Shown here: in pieces, positions 10,601 to 22,600 of the stretch
How the letters are laid out: each line of letters starts with the position of its first letter
How positions within the stretch are numbered: the first letter of the stretch is position 1
NCBI GenBank assembly: GCA_002269645.1
Contig: NIVC01003363.1
Location: 3,868 to 67,867 of the forward strand
Direction: 5' to 3'
Source of the DNA: Macrostomum lignano
Lineage: Eukaryota
Length of the DNA stretch: 64,000 nt
The notes under the pieces: model-generated
Seen by the model: the letters and a program-made list of their open reading frames with translations, nothing else
What the model was told of the DNA's origin: nothing
Databases searched by the model: none
Translations under genes and position numbers: made by a program

Positions 10601-13600
10601 AGAATTTTTTGTATAATTGGATATGTTTAATTGATTTCATCATTTTGACTATACTTTATGAAGCAATTAATGAGAGGACTAAATTTGAAAAATTAGAAAA
10701 CTTAAAAAATTCTCTTTTTAAATATATATAACTTTTGGCTTATTATGTCTTTGCTTATAATATCCATGAGTATAAAATAAAAATATATATATTTAAAATG
10801 AAATTTTTAACATTTATAGGCTTTCAAAATATCGCTAAGGTTCCTACTATTGGTTTGTAAGATAATTTAGAGGAAAGTAGATAATCTTTCAGTTTTAGTC
10901 TATTAATACCATGGTTAGGAGTAGTCAAAGTAATTCTTTGCTATTGCTCTGGCCTCTGTGTGTACCATCTATATGCCAGAACTTTAGGGTCCTACATTTT
11001 TGTGTGCAAAACAAGACACATTAAAACAATAATACAGGCATGGTAAGTAGTAAGTAGTATTTGCTAATAATTGCTTGTATGGTTCTCAATTGTATTAAAA
11101 GGTCAATGGGCTAATTACATTTAATTTGTATGCAATTCCTAAGTTTCTCATTCAACCACTGTTGTAGACAAGGCCCAGCGCGAGACTGCGCTCAACTTTC
11201 TGCAAGATGCAGCCAACCAGAATCTGGTGAGTTATTGGTGTGTGCAGCCGTGCTAATTATCCTGCCATTAGCAGCTGGATAAAACCCCGGTGGGCCTCCC
11301 TGTTCTAGGTGCAGTTCCTACGCCAGCTGTCCGAGATCCTGCGCGATGTTAACAACACCACCTTCGTCAGGATGCAGGCCGGCCTGCAGCTCAAGAACCA
11401 GCTGTACTCCAAGAATAGCTCAGTCAGGATGCAGCTGGGCCAACAGTGGCTCACCATTCCGGAGGCTGACAGGAGCTACATTAAAGAGAATGTAAGCTGT
11501 CATTCTTAAACTCTATTTGAATTATCCTGTTTGTCCATTGTCCTGTTTGATTGGGGCACAGCAGCTCAGCGGTAAACCCATGAGGAAGTTGTCGCACAGA
11601 GAGTGTACACGCCCGGCTATAAGAAAGTCGGGGCCACTGTACACCCTGATTGAGCGTGAGCGTGTCGTACAGCATGAGTGCGTGCCTGCTTACAATATTG
11701 TCGCGTTTGTATGTGCTCAGGAGCCAGCGGAATGGAGAATTGCCTCAGCGCTGGAAGTAACCTTGGCGCTGAAGTCACCTGTAAAAGATTTTCTAAGAAA
11801 CGAAAAGCCGAGTATCTGATGTGTAAAATGTAAACCTTGGCGCTGAAGTCACCTGTAAAAGATTTTCTAAGAAACGAAAAGCCGAGTATCTGATGTGTAA
11901 AATGTAAACCCTGGCGCTGAAGTCTCCTGTAAAAGATTTTCTAAGAAACGAAAAGCCGAGTATCTGATGTTTAAAATGTAAACCTTGGCGCTGAAGTCAC
12001 ATGTAAAATATTTTCTAAGAAACGAAAAGCCGAGTATCTGATGTGTAAAATGTAAACCTTGGCGCTGAAGTCACCTGTAAAAGATTTTCTAAGAAACGAA
12101 AAGCCGAGTATCTGATGTTTAAAATGTAAACCCTGGCGCTGAAGTCACCTGTAAAATATTTTCTAAGAAACGAAAAGCCGAGTATCTGATGTGTAAAATG
12201 TAAACCTTGGCGCTGAAGTCACCTGTAAAAGATTTTCTAAGAAACGAAAAGCCGAGTATCTGATGTGTAAAATGTAAACCCTGGCGCTGAAGTCACCTGT
12301 AAAAGATTTTCTAAGAAACGAAAAGCCGAGTATCTGATGTTTAAAATGTAAACCTTGGCGCTGAAGTCACATGTAAAATATTTTCTAAGAAACGAAAAGC
12401 CGAGTATCTGATGTGTAAAATGTAAACCTTGGCGCTGAAGTCACCTGTAAAAGATTTTCTAAGAAACGAAAAGCCGAGTATCTGATGTGTAAAATGTAAA
12501 CCTTGGCGCTGAAGTCACCTGTAAAAGATTTTCTAAGAAACGAAAAGCCGAGTATCTGATGTGTAAAATGTAAACCCTGGCGCTGAAGTCACCTGTAAAA
12601 GATTTTCTAAGAAACGAAAAGCCGAGTATCTGATGTGTAAAATGTAAACCCTGGCGCTGAAGTCACCTGTAAAAGATTTTCTAAGAAACGAAAAGCCGAG
12701 TATCTGATGTGTAAAATGTAAACCCTGGCGCTGAAGTCACATGTAAAAGATTTTCTAAGAAACGAAAAGCCGAGTATCTGATGTGTAAAATGTAAACCCT
12801 GGCGCTGAAGTCTCCTGTAAAAGATTTTCTAAGAAACGAAAAGCCGAGTATCTGATGTGTAAAATGTAAAAAGCCTGTTTCATCTGCCATGTTGCTATGA
12901 CATGTAAATTAAAATGCAATTGCGCGTCGCGTCTGAGGGCTGTGTGAGTTTTTTGCATAAACTGCCAGCGATGTAAGTTAAGCATATTTGATTGTGGTTA
13001 GAACGCAACTAAATAGGCTTATGTCACCCCTTCAGTAGAGCCCCAAATTGAACCTTGACCCCCCGCAGTGCCTGCTCACCCTGGGCACGGAGGTGCAGAG
13101 CTCCGCCGCCCAGGCGGTGGCCTACATCGCCGTGATCGAGCTGCCGGCCGGCCAGTGGGCCAACCTCATGCAGGTGCTGGTTGCTAACGTTGTGGACCAG
13201 GCCAGCACTCCGCTGAAGAAGCAGGCCACTCTACAGGCCATTGGCTACATCTGCCAGGATATTGTGAGTTGTTTGTCATGTTTTTATGCTTACTGACATT
13301 TTTGCTACTTCAAGTTCGTCTCGATTGTAACCATCATTTTCAGGTAATTTAAATATGTCAATTACATGTATGCTAGATTGAAAATCATATCATTATTCTC
13401 TAATATCGTTTTTCTATCTAAAACATATTTCTCGAATATCATAATTCTCGAGTGTCATGATCTCGAATGTCATAATCATACATGCGCAACCCCCCCCCCC
13501 TGATTTACACTGGCCGTGTGACTTACGAGTACTGTTTGACCAAAAATGCAACTTACCTGTGAAAGAAACCCTAGAGCAAAAATTAACGCAATTGTGGGTA

Positions 13601-16600
13601 AATGGCAGAAGTAACTATAATTGTCTTATTAAGGCTGAATACCTCGTCATCTAATTAGTACTACGCCAGTCGGCCATGTGTTGCGCATGTATGGTCATAA
13701 TTCTTATAAGTATCACAATTCTCTATTATTACATTTTTTGAATGTCATAATTGTGAAGTTTCATGCCAGGTAAGTCACATTTGTTATTGAACTGCAGTCT
13801 ACATCAGATTCCACCTGCTAAACGCCGCCCATCTCCCTCTGCCTCCCCGCCCCCGCTCGCCGCCCTGCACTCGTCAAGATGGTAAGCTGCGGCTCTGTTA
13901 GGATTCTTCCTCTCCTTGCCCTTTGTTATCACAATATTGACATTTTATTTGCTTTCGATGGCTTGCAGTTTCAATAATTGATGCATTTACCTGTCAATCA
14001 CTGCGTGCTTGCTGGCCAGTTGACCAACTGCCAGCTGTAGTTTGGTAGCAGCTTAACAGTTAATCTCTAATCCCCAATTATGGCTATCCGACTTAAATCC
14101 CTTTCTCATTGCCGGCTGCAGTTTGCCTAATCTGACTGAATTGGCTTGCAATTTGTTTATTAATTATCATAATTCGGTTGCGTAGTGATCCGATATCTGC
14201 TGATATTTATTTCTACTGCTGACTGCATACTCTGGTTCATTAAATCGGCCAGCTTATTCCAATATTAATCAATTATGTTGTCAACGGTCTTAGAAATTGT
14301 CTCATTAGACTAGTTTTCATACTGTTTATTTAGCAATTTTACACAGCTATTTTTTGCATTGCCTTGCTGTTGTGCCTACCTGTCTGCTGCATCTACCTGT
14401 CTGGGTGTGTCTGCCTGTCCACCTTAATTTAGACTGTCTACCCGCAGGAATCGCCCTCCCCCACCAGGTTCTCTCATCCTTCATCAGATCCTCCCCCATG
14501 GGAATCCCCCCGATCCTCCTTATGGGAATCCCCCTCGATCCTCCCCATGGGAATCCCCCCGATCCTCCCCATGGGAATCCCCCCGATCCTCCTCATGGGA
14601 ATCCCCCGATCCTTCTCATGGGAATCCCCCCGATCCTCCTCATGGGAATCCCCCTGATCCTCCCCATGGGAATCCCCGATCCTCCTCATGGGAATCCCCC
14701 CGATCCTCCCCATGGGAATCCCCCCGATCCTCCTCATGGGAATCCTCCCGATCCTCCCCATGGAAATCCCCCGATCCTCCCCATGGGAATCCCCCGATCC
14801 TCCTCATGGGAATCCTCCCGATCCTCCCCATGAGAATCCCCCGATCCTCCCCATGGGAATCCCCCGATCCTCATGGGAATCCCCCGATCCTCCCCATAGG
14901 AATCCCCAAGATCCGATCCTCCCATGGAATCGCCCCTTAACAGATCCAACATGTGATCGACCCCTCCAACAGATCTTCCACATGGAATCGCCCAGTATCC
15001 CAGCTCCATCAAGCCGCCCCCGCACCCCAGGACCCGAACTTCCTGTCGGCGCAGAGCAACGAGATCCTCACGGCCATCGTGAACGGCATGAAGAAGGAGG
15101 AGCAGAACAGCAACGTGCGGCTGGCGGCCACGCAGGCCCTGCTCAACAGCCTGGAGTTCACCAAGCAGAACTTCGACATTGACGCGGAGCGGCACTACAT
15201 CATGCAGGTGGTGTGCGAGGCCACCCAGTGCGCCGAGACCGGCATCAAAGTGGCCGCCCTGCAGTGCCTGGTCAAGATTATGAATCTGTATTATCAGTAC
15301 ATGGAGACCTATATGAACCAGGCCTTGTTTGCCGTGAGTACATTGGCTGCAATTATCTTAGCCGTATTCTTCTACTTATAGTAAGTAGTATTGCAATACA
15401 GTAAAATGTCATTTTGCAATCGGAGACTAAAAGAAGTGCCCCAGCCACCCGAGCAGTGCATCTGCGGCGCATGAAACCTGTCTCCTACATTAAAGCCATT
15501 TTGCTGCTTCTGCAGGCTGAGAACAACGGGGTTTTCCGCTGAGACTCTCATTTGTTATTCCCCGCTACTCTGACCTGCTACACGTTTTATTGTATTCGTG
15601 TTTTATCTTTAAATTGCTAACATTCGCTTATCACATGGACTCTAAAAATCTGTCATTTTAAATTTTTAATTCAAACTCCAGTCTCAATTGAATATCCAGG
15701 GTCCAGTCCCAATTGAATATCCAGGGTCCAGTCCCAATTGAATATCCAGGGTCCAGTTTCAATTGAATATCCAGGGTCCAGTTTCAATTGAATATCCAGG
15801 GTCCAGTCCCAATTGAATATCCAGGGTCCAGTCCCAATTGAATATCCAGGGTCCAGTCCCAATTGAATATCCAGGGTCCAGTCCCAATTGAATATCCAGG
15901 GTCCAGTCCCAATTGAATATCCAGGGTCCAGTTTCAATTGAATATCCAGGGTCCAGTCCCAATTGAATATCCAGGGTCCAGTCCCAATTGAATATCCAGG
16001 GTCCAGTCCAATTGAATATCCAGGGTCCAGTCCCAATTGAATATCCAGGGTCCAGTTTCAATTGAATATCCAGGGTCCAGTTTCAATTGAATATCCAGGG
16101 TCCAGTTTCAATTGAATATCCAGGGTCCAGTCCCAATTAAACATCCAGGGTCCAAACCAATCGCTAAATCCCCCACACCTCAGATCACCTACGAGGCGAT
16201 GAAGAGCGAGGTGGAAGAGGTGGCCCTGCAGGGCATCGAGTTCTGGTCCACCGTGTGCGAGGAGGAGATCGACCTGGCCATCGACGAGCAGGAGAGCGAG
16301 GAGAAGGGCCTGCCGCCCACCGTCAGCAGCAAGCACTACGCCCGCGGCGCCCTGCCCTACCTGGTGCCCATTCTCACCGCCACCCTCACCAGGCAGGAGG
16401 AGCAGGACGACGAGGACGACTGGGGCCCGTGCAAGGCGGCCACGGTCTGCCTCATGCTGCTGGCCCAGTGCGCCGGCGATGCCATCGTGGGCGCCGTGTT
16501 GCCCTTCGTCAACGACCACATCCGGTCCGAGAACTGGCGCTTCCGGTGCGTGGCCTCCAGATGATCCTTGTGGACTAGGGATAATCCCTGTGTTCTAGTG

Positions 16601-19600
16601 GGTATTCAGTGTGGTGTTGGGTTAATCCATGTTAGCTGGGGATTGTTGGTGGGGCATAGGGATAATCCATGTGGATTGGGGATTGTTGGTGGGGCATGGG
16701 GATAATCCATGTGGATTGGGGATTGTTGGTGGGGCATGGGGATAATACATGTGGGTTGGGGATTGTTGGTGGGGCATGGGGATAATCCATGTGGGTTGGG
16801 GATTGTTGGTGGGGCATGGGGATAATACATGTGGGTTGGGGATTGTTGGTGTGGCATGGGGATAATACATGTGGGTTGGGGATTGTTGGTGTGGCATGGG
16901 GATAATCCATGTGGGTTGGGGATTGTTAGCGGGGCATGGGGATAATCCATGTGGGTTGGGGATTGTTGGTGGGGCATGGGGATAATCCACGTGGGTTGGG
17001 GATTGTTAGCGGGGCATGGGGATAATCCATGTGGGTTGGGGATTGTTAGCGGGGCATGGGGATAATCCACGTGGGTTGGAGATTGTTGGTGGGGCATGGG
17101 GATAATCCATGTGGGTTGGGGATTGTTAGCGGGGCATGGGGATAATCCATGTGGGTTGGGGATTGTTAGCGGGGCATAGGGATAATCCACGTGGGTTGGA
17201 GATTGTTGGTGGGGCATGGGGATAATCCATGTGGGTTGGGGATTGTTAGCGGGGCATGGGGATAATCCATGTGGGTTGGGGATTGTTAGCGGGGCATAGG
17301 GATAATCCACGTGGGTTGGAGATTGTTGGTGGGGCATGGGGATAATCCATGTGGGTTGGGGATTGTTAGAGCGGCATGGGGATAATCCATGTGGGTTGGG
17401 GATTGTTGGTGGGGCATGGGGATAATCCATGTGGGTTGGGGATTGTTAGCGGGGCATGGGGATAATCCATGTGGTTTGGGGATTGTTGGTGTGGCATGGG
17501 GATAATCCATGTGGGTTGGAGATTGTTGGTGGGGCATGGGGATAATCCATGTGGGTTGGAGATTGTTGGTGGGGCATGGGGATAATCCATGTGGGTTGGA
17601 GATTGTTGGTGTGGCATGGGGATAATCCATGTGGGTTGGGGATTGTTAGCGGGGCATGGGGATAATCCATGTGGTTTGGGGATTGAAGCGGGGCATGGGG
17701 ATAATCCATGTGGGTTGGAGATTGTTGGTGGGGCATGGGGATAATCCATGTGGGTTGGAGATTGTTGGTGTGGCATGGGGATAATCCATGTGGGTTGGGG
17801 ATTGTTGGTGGGGCATGGGGATAATCCATGTGGTTTGGGGATTGTTAGCGGGGCATGGGGATAATACATGTGGTTTGGGGATTGTTAGCGGGGCATGGGG
17901 ATAATCCATGTGGGTTGGGGATTGTTAGCGGGGCATGGGGATAATCCACGTGGGTTGGAGATTGTTGGTGGGGCATGGGGATAATCCATGTGGGTTGGAG
18001 ATTGTTGGTGTGGCATGGGAATAATTCATGTGGGTTGGGGATTGTTGGTGGGGCATGGGGATAATCCATGTGGGTTGCATATTGTTAGCGGGGCATGGGG
18101 ATAATCCATGTGGGTTGGAGATTGTTGGTGTGGCATGGGGATAATCCATGTGGGTTGGGGATTGTTGGTGGGGCATGGGGATAATCCATGTGGTTTGGGG
18201 ATTGTTAGCGGGGCATGGGGATAATACATGTGGTTTGGGGATTGTTAGCGGGGCATGGGGATAATCCATGTGGGTTGGAGATTGTTGGGGCATGGGGATA
18301 ATCCATGTGGTTTGGGGATTGTTAGCGGGGCATGGGATAATACATGTGGGTTGGGGAGTTTTTGAGGGGCATGGGGATAATCCATGTGGGTTGGGGATTG
18401 TTGGTGGGGCATGGGGATAATCCATGTGGGTTGGGGATTGTTGGTGGGGCATGGGGATAATCCATGTGGATTGGGGATTGTTAGCGGGCATGGGGATAAT
18501 CCATGTGGGTTGGGGATTGTTGGTGGGGCATGGGGATAATCCATGTGGATTGGGGATTGTTAGCGGGGCATGGGGATAATCCATGTGGATTGGGGATTGT
18601 AAGCCAGGCATGGGGATAATCCATGTTTGCTTTGGATTCTTAGAGCTCTCCACGCCGACACCACTATTTTACAGCGACGCCGCCGTGATGTCGTTCGGCT
18701 GCATCCTGGAGGGCCCGGACCCGACAACCTGCGCAGCCTGGTTGAGAACGCCCTGCCCGTCATCATCGAGCTGCTGCGCGATCCGTCAAATGTTGTCCGC
18801 GACACCTCGGCCTGGACCATCGGCCGCGTGCTGGACACCCTGCCTGGCCTGGTGGTGCAGGAGAAGTTCCTCAACCCGCTGCTGCACGGCCTGGTGGAGG
18901 GCCTCGGAGCCGAGCCGCGGGTGGCTGCCAACGTCTGCTGGGCCTTCAGCAGCCTCGCCTCCGCCGCCTACGACCAGGCAGTCAGCCAGGTGAAGCGGCC
19001 CTGCTTGACTGAACCTCATTGTTTGCCACAATTCTCCCTCTGAATCTCACAGTTTGCCACAAATCTCCCCCTGAATCTCACTGTTTGCCACAAATCTCCC
19101 CCTGAATCTCACAGTTTGCCACAAACGCCACCTGAATCTCACTGTTTGCCACAAACGCCACCTGAATCTCACTGTTTGCCACAAACGCCACCTGAATCTC
19201 ACTGTTTGCCACAAACGCCACCTGAATCTCACTGTTTGCCACAAACGCCACCTGAATCTCACTGTTTGCCACAAACGCCACCTGAATCTCACTGTTTGCC
19301 ACAAACGCCACCTGAATCTCACCACCAGGCCGGCACGTCGGACAACCGCAGCGCCCAGGTGGAGACCTACTGCCTGAGCGGCTTCTTCGAGCCGATCGTC
19401 GGCAAGCTGCTGGAGACGACGGACCGGCAGGAGGCAGGGCAGCACAACCTGCGCAACGCGGCCTACCACGCGCTGATGGAGATGCTGAAGCACTCGCCCA
19501 GGGACTGCTACGCCACCCTGCAGAAAACCACGCTTATTGTGATGCAGCGGCTCAAGAGCATTCAGGCAAGGCCAGCGAACATGATTAGCCCAGTGGCGGA

Positions 19601-22600
19601 TCTAGAGTTTCATTTTGGGGGGGGCGGTCCAAGTTTGGGGCGCCAACACGAGTGTAAGGGGCGCCAATTTTTAAGCTAGGGGGCGCAAAAAATGCTTTTG
19701 GGGCGAAAAATCAAGCTTAGGGGCGCAAAAAAGGCGTTTGGGGGCAAAGAATCAAGTTTAGGGGGCACAATATGTTCGGTCAAGCTATTATTGGGGGGGG
19801 GCGGTCGCCCCCCCCCCTAAATCCGCCCCTGAGTATGCTGTGTTGCCCGTTGCAAACGTTATTGTGCCAGCAGTCGCTAAAGAGTCATTGCAAACTAACC
19901 ACTGACTCTAGCGACTCTGGTACGACTCGTGTGACTTTCCAACGACTCAAACGACTGGTAATATGATGGAGATGCGACTGTTGAGTCAGGAGCGCATCAA
20001 CGTGCTGAACTTTCTACTAACTCAAGTAGAATAAATAGAGTTGTTCATTAAGTGCCGCAGATGCGCTTTAGACACAATTCAGTGATTCTACGGCGACTCT
20101 GGCTCGCCTCAGATACGACTCCACGGCCCCAGAGTCATTACAACAGTATCGCCCCAGAGTCACTTGCGTCGCCATGACGACTTTTTGGCTCTTTTTACCG
20201 TGACGTTTTAGAGTCGTCAAGAGTCACTTCTTTTCTATTCACCCGCAACGATTCTGAAAGGACTCTGGGCGAAGCAGGTGACCCTGGCAAATTTCTTGGC
20301 CTAGTTACCGTTTGCATCGGGTTGACTGGGTTCTGGGGAAAACAATTTCGCCGCGCTGCAAGTCCCAAACTGAGTGTTAGTCTGTTAAATTAAAATCGAC
20401 TTGCATGTCGGAGTTTGTCTACTGATACGAGGTGAGTAGCAAGTATAGAGCGTGGCGCAAAAATCTTGCATGGCGGACAAAAAATTCTGTTCAGTCTAGC
20501 TAATGCTTGAAATTGGAATCTATATTAGGACAGAAAATGGTCCTGGCAGTGTCAACCGGGTTCGACTCCACTTTTGGCACACGGATAAACTTATTCAGCT
20601 TGAACCCAATCACCAACTACTTCAAGTAGCCAATCCAGTAGCAGCTATAAATATCATTGAATTGTGATTTTTCTCCAACCATCCGTATAGGACGTGGCCG
20701 ACAAGCTGCAGACCTCGCACGACCGGGCCCAGCTGAACGAGCTGCAGAGCATGCTGTGCGCCACCCTGCAGTCCGTGCTGCACAAGATCGACCGCAACGA
20801 TGCGCCCAACATTGCCGACGCTGTCATGGAGCTGCTGCTCCGGATGCTCACCCAGCAGCAGGTGCAGCAGCACCAGCCCGCCGACGATGAGGCTGAGCAG
20901 CAGAGCGGCGTGCAGGAGGACGCCCTGCTGGCCATGGCCGCCCTGGTGGACTGCCTTGGCGAGGACTTCATCAAGTACATGGAGGTCTTCAAGCCGGTGC
21001 TGCTCTCCTGCCTGCGCTCCGTTACTGAAACCCAGGTAGACGATTCAGCTCCCGTTTCTTGTGGCTTGCTGGCCAGTCAGCTGTGGAACTGCCAGTCTCC
21101 CAGATCCTCAGTTGCTGGGCCAGCCTCCCAGATCCTCAGTTGCTAGGCCAGCCTCCCAGATCCTCAGTTGCTAGGCCAGCCTCCCAGATCCTCAGTTACT
21201 GGGCCAGGCTCCCAGATCCTCAGTTGCTGGGCCAGCCTCCCATATCCTCAGCTGCTAGGCCAGGCTCCCAGATCATCAGTTGCTGGGCCACCAGCCTCCC
21301 ATATCCTCAGTTGCTAGGCCAGCCTCCCAGATCCTCAGTTGCTAGGCCAGCCTCCCAGATCCTCAGTTGCTAGGCCAGCCTCCCATATCCTCAGCTGCTA
21401 GGCCAGCCTCCCAGATCCTCAGTTGCCAGGCCAGCCTCCCAGATCCTCAGTTGCTGGGCCAGCCTCCCAGAGTGTCAGTTGCTGGGCCAGCCTCCCAGAA
21501 CCTTAGTTGCTGGGCCAGCCTCCCATATCCTCAGTTGCTGGGCCACCAGCCTCCCAGAACCTTAGTTGCTGGGCCAGCCTCCCAGATCCTCAGTTGCTGG
21601 GCCAGCCTCCCATATCCTCAGTTGCTGGGCCACCAGCCTCCCAGAACCTTAGTTGCTGGGCCAGCCTCCCAGATCCTCAGTTGCTGGGCCACCAGCCTCC
21701 CAGATCCTCAGTTGCTGGGCCAGTCTCCCAGATCCTCAGTTGCTGGGCCAGCCTCCCAGATCCTCAGTTGCTAGGCCAGTCTCCCAGATCCTCAGTTGCC
21801 AGGCCAGCCTCCCATATCCTCAGCTGCTAGGCCAGCCTCCCAGATCATCAGTTGCTGGGCCACCAGCCTCCCATATCCTCAGTTGCTAGGCCAGCCTCCC
21901 AGATCCTCAGTTGCTAGGCCAGCCTCCCATATCCTCAGCTGCTGGGCCAGCCTCCCAGATCCTTAGTTGCTAGGCCAGCCTCCCATATCCTCAGTTGCTG
22001 GGCCAGCCTCCCAGAACCTTAGTTGCTGGGCCAGCCTCCCAGATCCTCAGTTGCTAGGCCAGTCTCCCAGATCCTCAGTTGCTAGGCCAGCCTCCCAGAT
22101 CCTCAGTTGCTAGGCCAGCCTCCCAGATCCTCAGTTTCCAGGCCAGCCTCCCATATCCTCAGCTGCTAGGCCAGCCTCCCAGATCATCAGTTGCTGGGCC
22201 ACCAGCCTCCCATATCCTCAGTTGCTAGGCCAGCCTCCCAGATCCTCAGTTGCTAGGCCAGCCTCCCAGATCCTCAGTTGCTAGGCCAGCCTCCCAGATC
22301 CTCAGTTGCCAGGCCAGCCTCCCATATCCTCAGCTGCTAGGCCAGCCTCCCAGATCATCAGTTGCTGGGCCACCAGCCTCCCATATCCTCAGTTGCTAGG
22401 CCAGCCTCCCAGATCCTCAGTTGCTAGGCCAGCCTCCCAGATCCTCAGCTGCTGGGCCAGCCTCCCAGATCCTTAGTTGCTAGGCCAGCCTCCCATATCC
22501 TCAGTTGCTGGGCCAGCCTCCCAGAACCTTAGTTGCTGGGCCAGCCTCCCAGATCCTCAGTTGCTAGGCCAGTCTCCCAGATCCTCAGTTGCTAGGCCAG

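Noticed and set aside
4700-11100. Short AT-rich ORFs of 60-105 aa in intergenic and intron-1 sequence, and their arm-2 mirrors
   Set aside because: Mostly non-ATG starts, no motifs, and composition typical of non-coding DNA.
18715-18730. Arm-1 KPNB1 as a pseudogene because of a 1-nt deletion
   Set aside because: One C is missing from a C-run that is intact in arm 2, and the rest of the 893-aa frame is clean. A homopolymer sequencing error is the simplest explanation, to be confirmed with reads.
20545-20575. B-box-like GGGTTCGACTCC as a tRNA gene
   Set aside because: No A-box at suitable spacing and no cloverleaf.
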